A DNA stretch of 63,996 nt, the filler included, from Folioceros fuciformis (Eukaryota): assembly GCA_049999805.1 (NCBI GenBank). It is 4 parts of 3 records of this genome, joined end to end, with 100 filler letters (N's around TTAATTAATTAA, not from the genome) between each part and the next. Parts side by side here need not be neighbours in the genome. Positions count along the whole stretch, not along the records: positions 1 to 15,589 come from JBNGIO010006149.1; positions 15,690 to 37,060 come from JBNGIO010006150.1; 2 more parts are not named here. One strand, 5' to 3'. A model generated the notes under the pieces. It was not told the DNA's origin, made no database searches, and saw only the letters and a program-made list of their open reading frames with translations. The position numbers and the translations under genes were made by a program. Below are positions 11,715 to 23,226 of this stretch, in pieces. Within the stretch, counting starts at the first letter, position 1; each line of letters starts with the position of its first letter.

Positions 11715-14323
11715 TCAACGTGCCATGACGCTCTTTCCCAAGGCCCTTTGTGAGGATATTGGCTAACATGTTTTCGGTGCTGCAAAACTTCAACTCCACC
11801 TCTGTCCCGAGGCGCTCTCGGATGAAGTGAAATCGGATGATTGGATGTCGATATGTTTGGTTCTCTTGTGATGTTCCAGATTCTTGGCCAGGGCCATGCT
11901 GCTCTGGTTGTCGGTGTAGATGATTGTGGCCCCATCTCCATCATAGCCCAAACTTCCCAGCAAGTACCTAAGCCATATGGATTCCTTGGTTGCTTCCGAT
12001 TCTGTTGTGGAGGTGGCCACACATGGCTGCCTGGTGGATGACCAGCTCATGGGCGAGCCTCCTAGCAGGAAAACCATACCGGTGGTTGAGCGGTGGTCGT
12101 CCAAGCTCCCTCCGTAGTCTGCATCACTATAACCCTCCAGAGTTGTGGGTTGGGAATTTCCTCGCCTTCCACCAAGGCATAGGCTGTACTCCTTGGTCCC
12201 TTGCAAGTGGCGAAGGATCCTCTTGACACAAGTCCAATGCTGCGTCCCGAGGTTTGCGGAGAACTTGGTCACTAATCGTGCTGCGTAAGCGATGTCAGGT
12301 CTCAATCTTTAGGGCGTACAAGAGTTTCCCCACCGCCTTTTCGTAGAGTGGCTTGGAGATGGTGTCTCCTTCAGCCTTGTTGCCCTCGGCCTTCCGCACC
12401 AGTCGTGTTCCCAACTCGAGTGGTGTTGTCACTGCCTTACAGTCTACCATGTGAAGCTCCTCCAAAGTTTTCTTGATGTATGTGTGCTCTGGTCCAACGA
12501 CAACATCTTGTTTGGTCAATCGCGGGTGATCTCACTTCTACTACGAAATCGGCTTCTCCGAGATCAACGATCTCGAAGGCCTGGCACAACTCCCACTTAA
12601 CCTGGCGCATCAAGGTAAGGGAATTGCTGATAATTAGTAGATTGTCAACGTATACGGCAATCCACACCCGCGAGTCTCCGTCTCTAAGCATGTATACTCC
12701 GTGATCCTCCTCGCTGTGTTTGAAGCCTAGAGCCTTTAGGAGAGTGTTGAGCTTGAAGTACCACCTTTGTGCGGCCTGCTTCAAGCCGTAAAGAGCCTTC
12801 CTCAACTTGCAGACCAGGTGCTCTTTCCCACGCCGTTGAGGAAAGCGTTGCAGACGTCCATGTGATAGATCTCCATGTCTTCGATTGCTGCCAATGCAAG
12901 CGTGCATCGGCTTGATGTGAAGTTTACGATAGGTGAGAATGTCTCGCTGTAGTCCTCCCCATAATGTTGGTCGTAGACCTTTGCCACCAATCGTGCTTTG
13001 TACCGCTCGATGCTCCCGTCTCCCTTGTGCTTCAGCTTGAAAGTCCACTTGCTGCCGATTGGCCTTCGTCCGGGAGGGAGCTCGGTTGAGTCCCAAGTTC
13101 TGTTCTTGATCAGCGCATCGTACTCGGTGTGTATGGCCTTCAACCATTTCTCCCTATCTTCTGTTTCCAAAGCCTCCTTCAAGGTTGAGGGCTCTTCCTC
13201 CACCGTGCACTTCAAAGCCGAGTCCATGCTTTCCAGCATCTTTAAGGACGGCTTCCAAGATCGACTCTACCGTTCTATGGCCAAGCTTGTGTTGGCGGGT
13301 TGTGTAGCCTGACCGTGCTGTTCTCTTGTGCTTTTGCTGGTGTGAGGTGCAACTTCTCTGTGGGTATCCCCGTCGCGAGGGTCCTCTTCATCACTCTGGT
13401 AATCCCCTAGGATCGATGTGTCTGGCTCTCCTCCGGTCTCCAGGTGTGCTCATCTTGCGTGATCTCTTGTTGGTACGAGGTTGATGTGCTCCGATGGGTT
13501 CCCTTCGAGCGTGCTTTGTGGTAGTTCCCTGCTTGGTAAGAGTGATGGGGGCTGCAATTCTCCTGGTTGTGTTCCCCGTTCATCGAAGATGACATCTTTG
13601 CTCCGAATGATCCGCTTGGTCCGTGGGTTGTACGGTCAGTATGCCATGTTGTCTGGGCAATAGCCGAGAAAGATACATTCGATGGACTTGGCATCCATCT
13701 TGCTCCGTTCATCTCTCGGAATGTGTACGTACGCCTTGCAGCCAAAGACCCTCAAATGCCTCACGAATGGCTTGTGCCGTGTCCACGCTTCTTCTGGGGT
13801 GATGCCTTGGTCCTTCAATGCTTTTGTCGGGCTGCGATTCCAAACGTATGCCACTGTTGTAACTGCTTCTGCCCGGAATTGATCATGTAGCTTCCGAGCG
13901 TGCAACATGCTCGATGATTGTCCGATGCATCCTCTCCGCAATAGAGATTTGTTCCGATCGGGCGGCGATTTGATGTTGAATCCCGTGTTCTGCCAGGTAT
14001 CCTTTGAATGCTTTCGACGTGTACTCTCCACCGCCATCATGGTCTCCTAGGTGCCCAAATCTCTCATGCCACAATTGAACTGATTCGTTTGCAGCCTTGG
14101 TTTTGGCTAGGTTGGCCCTTTCTCTTGCAAGTTTTTCCTCGCTCTTGCTCTTGGTCTCATGAGTGCTGCAAGATAGCTGGTATAGGTTGTCATCCCCAAG
14201 GGTGGGTTCGGCAACTGTATCGCTGCGTAGGTCCTTGATGACGCAACTTGACCCCTTGAATGCCACTTCCAAGCCTACAGCACTGAGCCTACGCACAGAT
14301 AGTAAACTTTTGGTGAGCCCTGG
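11715..14323 (-). mobile_element. Degenerate Ty1/copia pol (GAG-pre-integrase, partial integrase, RT, RNase H)
   Basis: PGLTKSLLSV, LWHERFGHLG, DGGGEYTS, LRVFGCKAYVH, RYKARLVAK, HMDV.NAFLNG, LRKALYGLKQA, YVDNL, YSDADYG, RTKHIDI, ANILTKGL in copia domain order. Multiple frameshifts and deletions. Confidence 0.95.
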
Positions 14324-15510
14324 TGTGGAGGCAAAACCCCGGGCACTGATTGCCAACGGGTTCCACCTTTAGTGGCCACACTTATCCCACTGTCGTTGAG
14401 ACATTGGGTTTCGTTCCCACGAAGGAGCGATGGGGTTCCTTGCTGCTGTGGATGGAGGGTCGGGCTTGATCGACTCGATGATGGATTCGAGGGCTCCCCT
14501 CCAGCTCCGATCAGGCGTAGAACAGGCCTCGCTGTCCGGCGGTCAGCTGCACCTCTCTCGGTGCCCACAAACTCACTCCAGTCACTACAACGACCCTAAC
14601 CTCTTAGATCTGCGACTTCCCTCACTCACTTCACTCACTCTCTCACTCCAGCACCAACACCAGCAACTAACAATGACACCACTACCTTCTACACTTCCCT
14701 ACTGACTCCTCCTACCCAGCAAGAGTCACTAGACTAACCCCAAAGAAAAGAAAGAAGGGAACACACTCCCCTCTTGGATATCTCCTCCCCACAACCTTAC
14801 CAGATGCCATGAGACATGGCCGGCCTATACAGCACTTGTCCAAGCAAGGAACAAGAGTGGACAGGTCGAGAGAAAGACACATCCTTTACAATCAAGAGCT
14901 AGGGGCAAGCCCCTTCACCCTGGTCATTACACCTTGTGATCCTATCAGACACTATACAACCGGCAACATGCTGCCCGCAATCCTACCAGACACTGTACAG
15001 CCGGTAACATGCTACCTGCGATCCTACCAGACACTATACAGCCGGCAACACACGGCTTGCGATCCTACCAGATGTTGCACAGCCGGCAACACACTGCAGG
15101 TCCTAAACCGAGCAGGGACAGACCACAAAAGCTCATGAAGAGAGGACCTCCAAGAGCTCACGAAGGGATAGACTGACTCCCAAAGTGAATGACTCCCTCC
15201 TCCTATAGGCTCACCTGATCTTATAGGAGCCTCTCTCTCTCTCTCTGACTTCACCTCTCTCTAACTTGAGAAATATTATTTTAAAAGGACCACTAGCCTA
15301 GCCGGCTATCACCAGCCACTTATTTAGACTTCTAGCACATCCTGCCACCAATGAGCTCCTGGCCCTACCACCACAAGGATCTACCACCTCTTAGACTATC
15401 CTGAGACTTCGGAGGATGTCTGATCTTCAAAGATATGCGGACGTCGCCTCTTCCTTGCTGGATGGCCGCCCGCTAAGTCTTCCCCTGCAATTGTTCACCC
15501 TTGGTGGCTG
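14324..15510 (-). mobile_element. LTR-like repeat, family A copy 2, abutting and truncating the copia pol
   Basis: Reverse complement of 2839-3838. Its minus-strand end ...GCCTCCACA joins directly to copia codons CCA GGG CTC (PGL). Carries an extra 41-bp x4 tandem at 14938-15100. Confidence 0.75.
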
Positions 15511-15589
15511 AGCCAGCCTCCAGGGGAGGAGTATGAGAAGTAGGAAAGATAGAGAGGAGGTGGGAGGCAATGGGATCAGCAGCCGGAAC

Positions 15590-15689
15590 NNNNNNNNNNN
15601 NNNNNNNNNNNNNNNNNNNNNNNNNNNNNNNNNTTAATTAATTAANNNNNNNNNNNNNNNNNNNNNNNNNNNNNNNNNNNNNNNNNNNN
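15590..15689. other. Artificial contig-join spacer (N44 TTAATTAATTAA N44)
   Basis: Six-frame-stop linker at 15634-15645 inside a 100-nt N block; the same structure occurs at 37061-37160 and 52687-52786. Confidence 0.97.
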
Positions 15690-16292
15690 ACTTGGTGCTT
15701 GATGATGGCAGGGCATGCTAGAGGAACTTCAGCTTGTGGGTCCTTGATGATGGCAGGGCATGCTTGAGGGACTTCAGCTTGTTGCAACTTCAACACAAAA
15801 TATCATCAGAGGTTCTTGATAAGTGAAGTTGAGACTACCCACTCGTAATTGAGGCAGCTCTAGGACTAATTGGAAATGCTGGACCAGTCTGGACCTGCAA
15901 TGGATCAAATGAGCAATAGCTGTAGACACAGTGGGTGAAGGCAGGGGGGGCAAATTCTGTACCCTGTTCTTGTTTTTGGGAGGCGTGAGGCTCATGATAT
16001 GGGCACAAGAACAAGTCTTGATACATGGTACTCATCGTTGGCTAAAGGGCTTTGATCTTATTATGTCAAAGCCTAAGATAATTGTCAAGGCTGAATACAA
16101 TGCCACTAAGCAACATATGCTCGCAACAAGCTGTTGCCTTGTGACCTTCCATGAAGCACCGTACTCGTGGCCCCACGTTTATAGTCTCTTGTAGCCAAGT
16201 CTTTCTCGCATGCATCTTAAAAGAACACCAACACCACATGGCATTTGAGTCTTGTTTGGTGTCCCAATCCTCCCCGACAGTTGCTGGAAGAT

Positions 16293-17966
16293 ATGGAAGG
16301 GAATGCCTTGTCTGAACTCCCGTACTTGGACAAAGAGGAGTGCGGCGATTTCTTCAGAATGACAGCTTCAATGAGCACGGATGGCAGGCATTCGCGAGTG
16401 CGCAGGTGGGTATTAATAACTATCGGCCAATGCTGCAGTGTCCGCAGCGGCCTGTACATCCATAAGGATTGGGGGATTGGCATCGCTCGGTAGGATGAAT
16501 GCGCGGTTCTGTTGGGGGGCCTGGCATCCAACCCTTCCTTGGACTCTCTTGATCTGTATCAGTGCAAAGGTTTTCGAAGGCTGGCGGGTTGCAAGACCTT
16601 GGGCCAGCGTATTGCTTCTAGTCGCAGCTTGCGACCGCTGGAGGCAATCGAGATTGGGCTTGATGCCGCTAGACTTTGTGCTCTGGTCGATGGCTTGAAC
16701 CAAGATTTTGTCCTAGAGTATTTGAACCTAAGCGACAACAGAGTGGGTGATGGTGAAGAGGCACAACACTTGGCTCGCATGCTTGTTTCGGATAAAGTGG
16801 CCCTCTTTCATAAAAGCGTTGGCGTAGTCTTTGGAGAAAACTACATCTTTGAATGAGCTCAACATTCCGGAATGTGCCGGACTCGACAATGAGCTGTTCA
16901 GAGGGTTGATGTAGTTCCTCCAAGTGAACACCACGTTACAGAAGATCGACATAAGGGGTACAAACTAGGATAATGAGGGAAAGGGGTATATCATCAAGGT
17001 GACGTTGGCACGCAATGTTACTCACAGGGCCTATTGGCCTTTGTTTTTGGAGGGGCAAGAGGCTGTACAGCCCATGGTCGGGCGCCTTTTGTTCTGCGGT
17101 GCGCCTTACGCAGGGAAGACCACTGTCCGCACCACCATCATCACTGCATGGTGCGCATCACTCAACTTGTCGCTTCTTGTCCGCCTCCGGGAACAACTGC
17201 CTTTAGCTCAAGGATGGATACGTTCCTGCAGCCATTTCAGAACTGTCAGCAGAACTGAAGGCATAGAGATGGAGGTGTTGCGCAACGACCATGAGATGGA
17301 AGTTACCATCTGGGATCTGGCTGGACAAGCTCGTTTTCGAGCTCTGCAAGACTACTTGTTCCCCAGCTTCAACCAAACATGTGTCTTCCTGTTCACATTC
17401 AACCCATTTGATGCCTGCAAGCCTAGTGGACCCCTCCCGTCTACTGAAATGCTGTTGAACAAGTTTACAAACAGCTTCAAGTTTTGGCTTAAATTCATCC
17501 ACTCTAATTCTCGCAACGTGGGTTCCTGTTTGCCTCGTGTATTTGTGGTTGTCACTCATAAGGATCAGATGGAGGATCTGTACGCTAAACTACTAGTTGG
17601 TCTGCTGCAACCAGTCGTGGAAGAGTTGGCCAAGGCTTTTGAGGAGGTACTTCTTATCAGGACAATGCCTTTCTTCATGGATGCTCGATCTAAATAGATT
17701 GTGCAGCCTTTGCTGGAGCAGCTATTCCAATCATTTAAAGAGCTATTTGCGCTTCCTTTGTTTTGGGTCCCGGAGGCATGCAACTGATTCAGTGCTGTTT
17801 TGACTCATCGGGTATCTCGAAATCCAACTCAGCCTATTGTGACCAAGAAGCACTGCAAAAACCTGTTTAACGTGCAAGATGAGCAACGCCTTCAAGCAAT
17901 TCTTGCCTATCTGCACAACGCAGGCCAGGTCATCTGGTTTCAAGATGCAGATGGTGTGGTGGTGAT
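16293..17966 (+). pseudogene. TORNADO1-like Roco protein (RI-type LRRs, ROC GTPase, start of COR), pseudogenised and truncated by an LTR insertion
   Basis: LRRs LDSLDLYQC, LEYLNLSDNRVGD and NTTLQKIDIRGT. P-loop RLLFCGAPYAGKTT, switch RTEGIE, G3 IWDLAGQ, G4 VVTHKD, COR LAYLHNAGQVIWF. In-frame stops at 16912, 17695 and 17785, plus a frameshift near 16780-16840. Confidence 0.85.
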
Positions 17967-19722
17967 TGTGAGGAAGCACAAGCATGGGTGGAGCATGAAC
18001 CCGTGATGGACCTCAGTAACAGGCGATTGGAAGGAGGGTCCAAAAACCCGTGATGGACCTCAGTAACAAGCGATTGGAAGGAGGGTCCAAGAACCCATGA
18101 TGAACCTCAGTTTCAGGCGACTGGAGGGAGGGTCCTCCGTAACAGGCGACTGGAGGGAAGAAGGAGAACCCCTTGGTGGGCCCCACCCACGCCTCTGCTG
18201 GAAAGATCAAGTAGCAGCAGTGAGATAGAAACCCTGTGGGAGGATCTGCCTGACCAAAGGAGAGGAAGGAGGGCTCGAGGTTTTGGCAGGCGAGGGAGAG
18301 AAGTGCGACGACCCGACAGAGGCGAGCGTGGCGATAGGATAGGCTAGAGTTATTGCATCTTATAATAGTATACTGTAGGATCTGGAGAAGATGCTTTCTT
18401 GGACCTAATGCCGCTCGCAATTAAGAGCGCCTACCTGTCCGCAGACTAAACTTAATGGTGGCTGCGGACCCGCCACTGTGTACAAGAGGCTTGTTGGCAC
18501 CTCACTAAGTAGCAAGAAATTGGCATTCCGACCTGTGGGAGCCTTGCGACAAACCCTGCCAGATAGAGGGATCCGGGCAAGAGAGTGCGTGCAGTGGCAG
18601 GAGAGTGCGTGCGGGGGAAGGAGTTGGGGCGATTTCTCTGCTCCACATCGAGTGGTGTTAGGGACGAATCGGTGGAGATTCCCACCGAGCAAAAGGTGAA
18701 CTTCCCTTATTCCTGAGAACATTCGTTGTGCGCTGCAATAGGAAGTGAAGCGGGACGAATCCGCCAACCTGCGAAGAAGAGGGGGAAACTCTCCTTCCCT
18801 TATTCCCTGGATCGACTGAATTGTGGTTTGCGGTTGAGGTGAGAGAGACGAATCCGCCCGTGAGCGGAGTGGAAGAAGGGGCGCCTGCTTCCCTTATTCC
18901 TTGACTCTTCAAGTGCATTTCGAATTCATTGTCAAGAAGTGAGTGAATGTGGAGACTGACTATGTGTTGTGGTTGAGGAGAGGGGAACGAATCCGCCCAC
19001 AGTGCGGAGTGGAGGGAGATTTTCTCCTTCCCTTATTCCCCAACTGTCAGTTGCAACTTAGTCTTAGTAGTGGAGTGTGTGAGTGAAGGGTGAGTGTGTA
19101 AGAAGGAGAAGGGTGAAGGAGGGAGTGAGTTGAGAATGGTGGTGAGCGGAACAAATCCGCCAGCTGCGTGGAGTGGAAGCAGAACTGCTATTTCCCTTAT
19201 TCCCTGAACTGTTGACTGTGGTTCGTAAGCTAAGGAGAGGGGGACGAATCCGCCCACTGCGCGGAGTGGAGGGAGAGTGTCTCCTTCCCTTATTCCCTGA
19301 ACCGTTGGTTGCGGACGAGTGAGCTGAGAGATCGGGAGGTTAAGAAAGATTGTTGGGGCTTGGACGTGGTTGCCGGAGAGTTTCTAAGGGATTCTTGGAC
19401 ATTTGTGGAGAACTATTGACGATTGTGGAAGCTTGTAAGGAGTTGTGAAGGGCTGCTGAGAAATCACTAGGGATTTGTGGACGTTGTTGGAGGGTTGGAG
19501 ACATTTGGGAGCAGGCCTGTGAGAAATAACTATATACCAGAGTTCTGGTGTGCTATGCATGTGTTGCGAGTGCTATGTGGGTGTGAGCGTGAGGTGTAGC
19601 TGCCCCGCGGGACCTGGTTGTCCAAGAGTGGTATTTGTAGGTGTGAAAGGTGTTCAATAAACCCCGACCTGTGAGTCTGGGGGCTCTAGGTAGAAACCCG
19701 CGGTGGCACTTGCGCCAGCACA
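17967..19722 (+). mobile_element. LTR-like element, family B (TGTG...CACA, ~1.76 kb)
   Basis: The COR reading frame stops resembling COR at TGTGAGG (17967). Contains a ~46-bp tandem x3 (17997-18160), a structured 6x array, TATATA at about 19532 and AATAAA at 19656. The 3' end AGGTAGAAACCCG..GCCAGCACA resembles the family A terminus. Confidence 0.6.
18661..19297 (+). repeat. Array of six ~55-nt structured motifs GGGACGAA-[hairpin]-GT-[hairpin]-CTTATTCCC with diverged linkers
   Basis: Units at 18661, 18752, 18845, 18982, 19146 and 19241. Linkers of 37, 37, 80, 104 and 36 nt. Stems differ in sequence but keep pairing. Confidence 0.85.
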
Positions 19723-19737
19723 AATTAGTAAGGGGTT

Positions 19738-20150
19738 CGTGGGACCCACCACGGTCGTGGAACCCACCCCGATCGTGGAACCCACCCCGATCGTGGAACC
19801 CACCCCGATCGTGGAACCCACCCCGATCGTGGAACCCACCCCGATCGTGGANNNNNNNNNNNNNNNNNNNNNNNNNNNNNNNNNNNNNNNNNNNNNNNNN
19901 NNNNNNNNNNNNNNNNNNNNNNNNNNNNNNNNNNNNNNNNNNNNNNNNNNNTCGTGGATCCTCCTACCGGTCGTGGAACCCACCCTGGTCGTGGATCCTC
20001 CTACCGATCGTGGAACCCACCCCGGTCGTGGATCCTCCTACCGGTCGTGGAACCCACCCTGGTCGTGGATCCTCCTACCGATCGTGGAACCCACCCCGGT
20101 CGTGGATCCTCCTACCGGTCGTGGAACCCAATCCGGTTGTGGAAGCTACC
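19738..20150. repeat. 18-bp minisatellite (CGTGGAACCCACCCCGAT) with a 36-bp higher-order variant
   Basis: Near-perfect tandem units either side of an N gap; after the gap they alternate with CGTGGATCCTCCTACCGGT. Confidence 0.95.
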
Positions 20151-21899
20151 AGTTGTCACGAAGACCACAATCGCGGTCCTAGAGTAGGGACCATAATCGT
20201 AGAATAGGGTCTGTGGTAGCTAGGCTAACTGGGGGTAGTGGTAGGGAGCTAGCAGGTAGTAGGACAGTAGTAGGATATTAAATATTATATCGAAGATGAT
20301 CCATAACTAGTACCTAAATATCTGCGTATATGGCTCTTATTTTAATAAATATGTGTAAGTTTTAGAAAAAAAATGTAAAATAATCTTGGATGCAAGTACA
20401 AGTTTCTTAGTGGACAGCCACTTCTGCCCTATTAAATTATTACTTACACTGAGCCATGGCAGTCCATATGGACTCTAATAGAATTATGCTTTGCTCGTTT
20501 CTCTCGGGCTTCAACAATCGATGGCAACAATAATGAATGGCATTGATTCACAATTGTTCAACCAAGGTGGATGAACAGCTTCCAAGAAAGAGTCAAAAGC
20601 TCTCATCCCGAAAGTTTCTTGCTCAACCTCCCTGAGGAATTCTCTGCAGATTCGAGGAGTAGATCAGACACCCCTGGGCAAAACACTTTGGGGCTGAAGG
20701 CCTTGCAAGAAGGGCAATCCTTGCACAATTATCGTTGGTACTAAGTTTTGCCCACCCTCCAATAAATCGAGAGACAATGGAGGTTGGTGCAACCCTCCTC
20801 CACAACATTTTAACATGGCCCAGGCAGCTTTGGTTCAGGGTGCTCCGTACAATGTAGGGCAGCACGGTGCCCGCTAGCACTATGACCACTAGTTACTACG
20901 GAAGCCATCTCTTGCCTCCCACATCCAACTTCCCTTAGCTTCAAGGGCATTTGGCGCCACACGACTTTAACCCAACTAGTAGTTGGTACCATGCCACTTT
21001 CTACTTTGGTTTATAGCCTAACCCGTAGCCGCAACGAAACGTTGAGCAAAAAGAATGGAACCACATCCCCAACATGGATGTGTAGGCTAGGTCCCCCTCT
21101 TTGATTCCATGGTGTCTTGTGAGACAACTTACCATGGTGCATTCCATCCTATATACCACGTGTCACCCTATTCCAAAAACAATATGGGGGTATATTGCTC
21201 ACCTCACCTCATCTCATCTCATTTATTATTATGTTTAGTATACTATATTAAATATTATATCGAAGATGATCCATCCACTAACTATAATTTTATTGAATAT
21301 GTACTTACTTATAGTATAGTATGTGATCTTCAAGATATGGTTGTTGTAGAGAGGATGTTGTAGAGAGGATTGATCTTCGATAGGTATGCAGTCCATAACA
21401 AATCCACTTGAGAGCTAGAAGTTGAGCAACAATCAATCGACACAATGTTAGAGCACTACTACAACATCTTTCAAATGCAACTCATTATAAATGCACATTG
21501 ACAAGTAATGGTTTTTATCGCATGAGACTGTAAAACCCATGGAGTAAAGGCAGAGACACCATTGTGCAGCATCCTTGTACCAAATAATCGAATCAAGAGA
21601 GTGCAAATGAGCAACACCGGAGTGCAAACCAACAACATAGTTATCTACAAAAGGGAGACACTTTTCTAAGACATTGAACAATAAGACCTTTGCATCGGAT
21701 TAGCACAACCATACACAGCCTCACCAAAGCAAAACCATGCCATTAAGTGATATCTACTTTCCTCTCAAGTCCGACAAGCTTTGTTAAGTTTAATTGAGTT
21801 TTGAAGGTCAATCTGAACAGAAAAAAACGTTTTCTTGATTATTTGGAGTGAATATACAAATATATAATAATGATATTATAATTATACAAAAGATATCTT

Positions 21900-22400
21900 C
21901 AGAAGAGGGCTACAATATAAGACAAAGGAAAATAGACTTCATTCTTTGTTGGGCTATGGTATGCTTTTGCACATGTTGCGAAAAACACTGAGAATGCCTT
22001 ACATGTGGTTGCATGTTGGGTCTCAATAGCAAGCGAGAATGAAGGTATGTTACATAGAGATGTGTTTGTGAATCTTGGCCTCCACCGCCCAAACCTATGA
22101 AGACCCATGTAGGGTCCATCACAACCATATCAACCATGGAAACATGGTCCTTCTGGCCAAGAAGAAGTCAGCTTGGAGGCAAACTATGTTGAGAAGGGTT
22201 TAGGGTTGCTCTCTATATTGGGCAAGAAGCCACCCAAGTAGGCTTGAGGTTGGATCAAACTTAGGTGAAACCTCATTGCAGATGGAGAATCTAGCTAATG
22301 CAATTTGAAAAGCCTCAATGCATGGTTGTGCCCATAAGTATGAATGAATGTAAGCAAAGATTGAATTAACCAAAGAATAAAAGAGTCTCGTAGACAACCC
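21900..22400 (-). mobile_element. Decayed non-LTR retrotransposon 3' end (restriction-like endonuclease, CRE/R2-type)
   Basis: Colinear MRFHLSL, ADFFL...MVDMVVMDPT and FSLAIET resemble recalled REL motifs (LR.RLGL, R.D....DVVIADPT, F.PLA.ET). An AT-rich tail follows. Confidence 0.4.
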
Positions 22401-23226
22401 TTGCGTCTGTCTATAGAGAACCCCTCATAAAATAAATAGATTAATTTATAATAATAATAAATAATTTGAAAGAAAAAACATGATGTATCCATTGAAGCTG
22501 GGGGAGCAAGGGGGAGGGAGCTAAACTATGATCGGGAGCAAAGAATACGTGTGATAAAATGGTATACAGTATAAGGAAGTATGTACTGTACTAAAAAGTT
22601 TCATCCTCAGAGAACACGCACTATTACGCTGGACGACTCTGACGAGGAAGACTTGTTGACCGAGCGCACATTTGGGTGTACGCGCTAATGGCCGTGAAGG
22701 TTCGCGGAGTAAAGCTTGGGAGGGAGCAGCAGCACAGGCCTGGACGAGCTGTGGTGCTGGGAGGAAAGAGCAGCCGTGTAAAGTGCTCTCAGCTTCTGCC
22801 CGACTCAACGTCAAGCGCTTTGATTAAAGTGTTTCGGGACAGGAAGTTGTTGGGTTGTCTCGCCCGACCTGGCTCTTTTGTTGCTGGGAGAAAGAATGGG
22901 GTCTGGGGCGGCACGGCTCGGGGGTGCCGCAGTTTCGTAGCTTTTAGTACTCAATGTCTTAGCTGAAGGAGCAGCGGGCAGAAGGAATCGGGTTAGATGT
23001 CCATGGTGAGCTGAAGGGAGAGAATGAGCTTCTTCGTTGTCGGGAGGGAGTCCTGGTGGCTCTGATGTAAGAACCGGGTTGTTTCTCGTGGAGCTCAGCA
23101 CCTTCAAGTCCTGCTCCGACGAGGACAGCTGCAATTGAAGTGTAAGTGGTATTCGAGTGCAAGCCCTTGCTGTTGCAGTTGTGTGTGCCGCTGGGCGGGG
23201 GTGTGGTGCGGGAAAGGAGGGGCAGG

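Noticed and set aside
15634-15645. Palindromic TTAATTAATTAA inside N runs (also 37105 and 52731)
   Set aside because: Artificial six-frame-stop linker between contigs; not biological, and linkage across it cannot be interpreted.
18661-19297. CRISPR-like look (repeats with 36-37 nt spacers)
   Set aside because: The repeats are imperfect and ~55 nt, the spacers resemble each other, there are no cas genes, and the context is a eukaryotic LTR.
19650-20207. Repeat proteins VEPTPI / RSWNPP
   Set aside because: Translations of an 18-bp minisatellite with no supporting gene structure.
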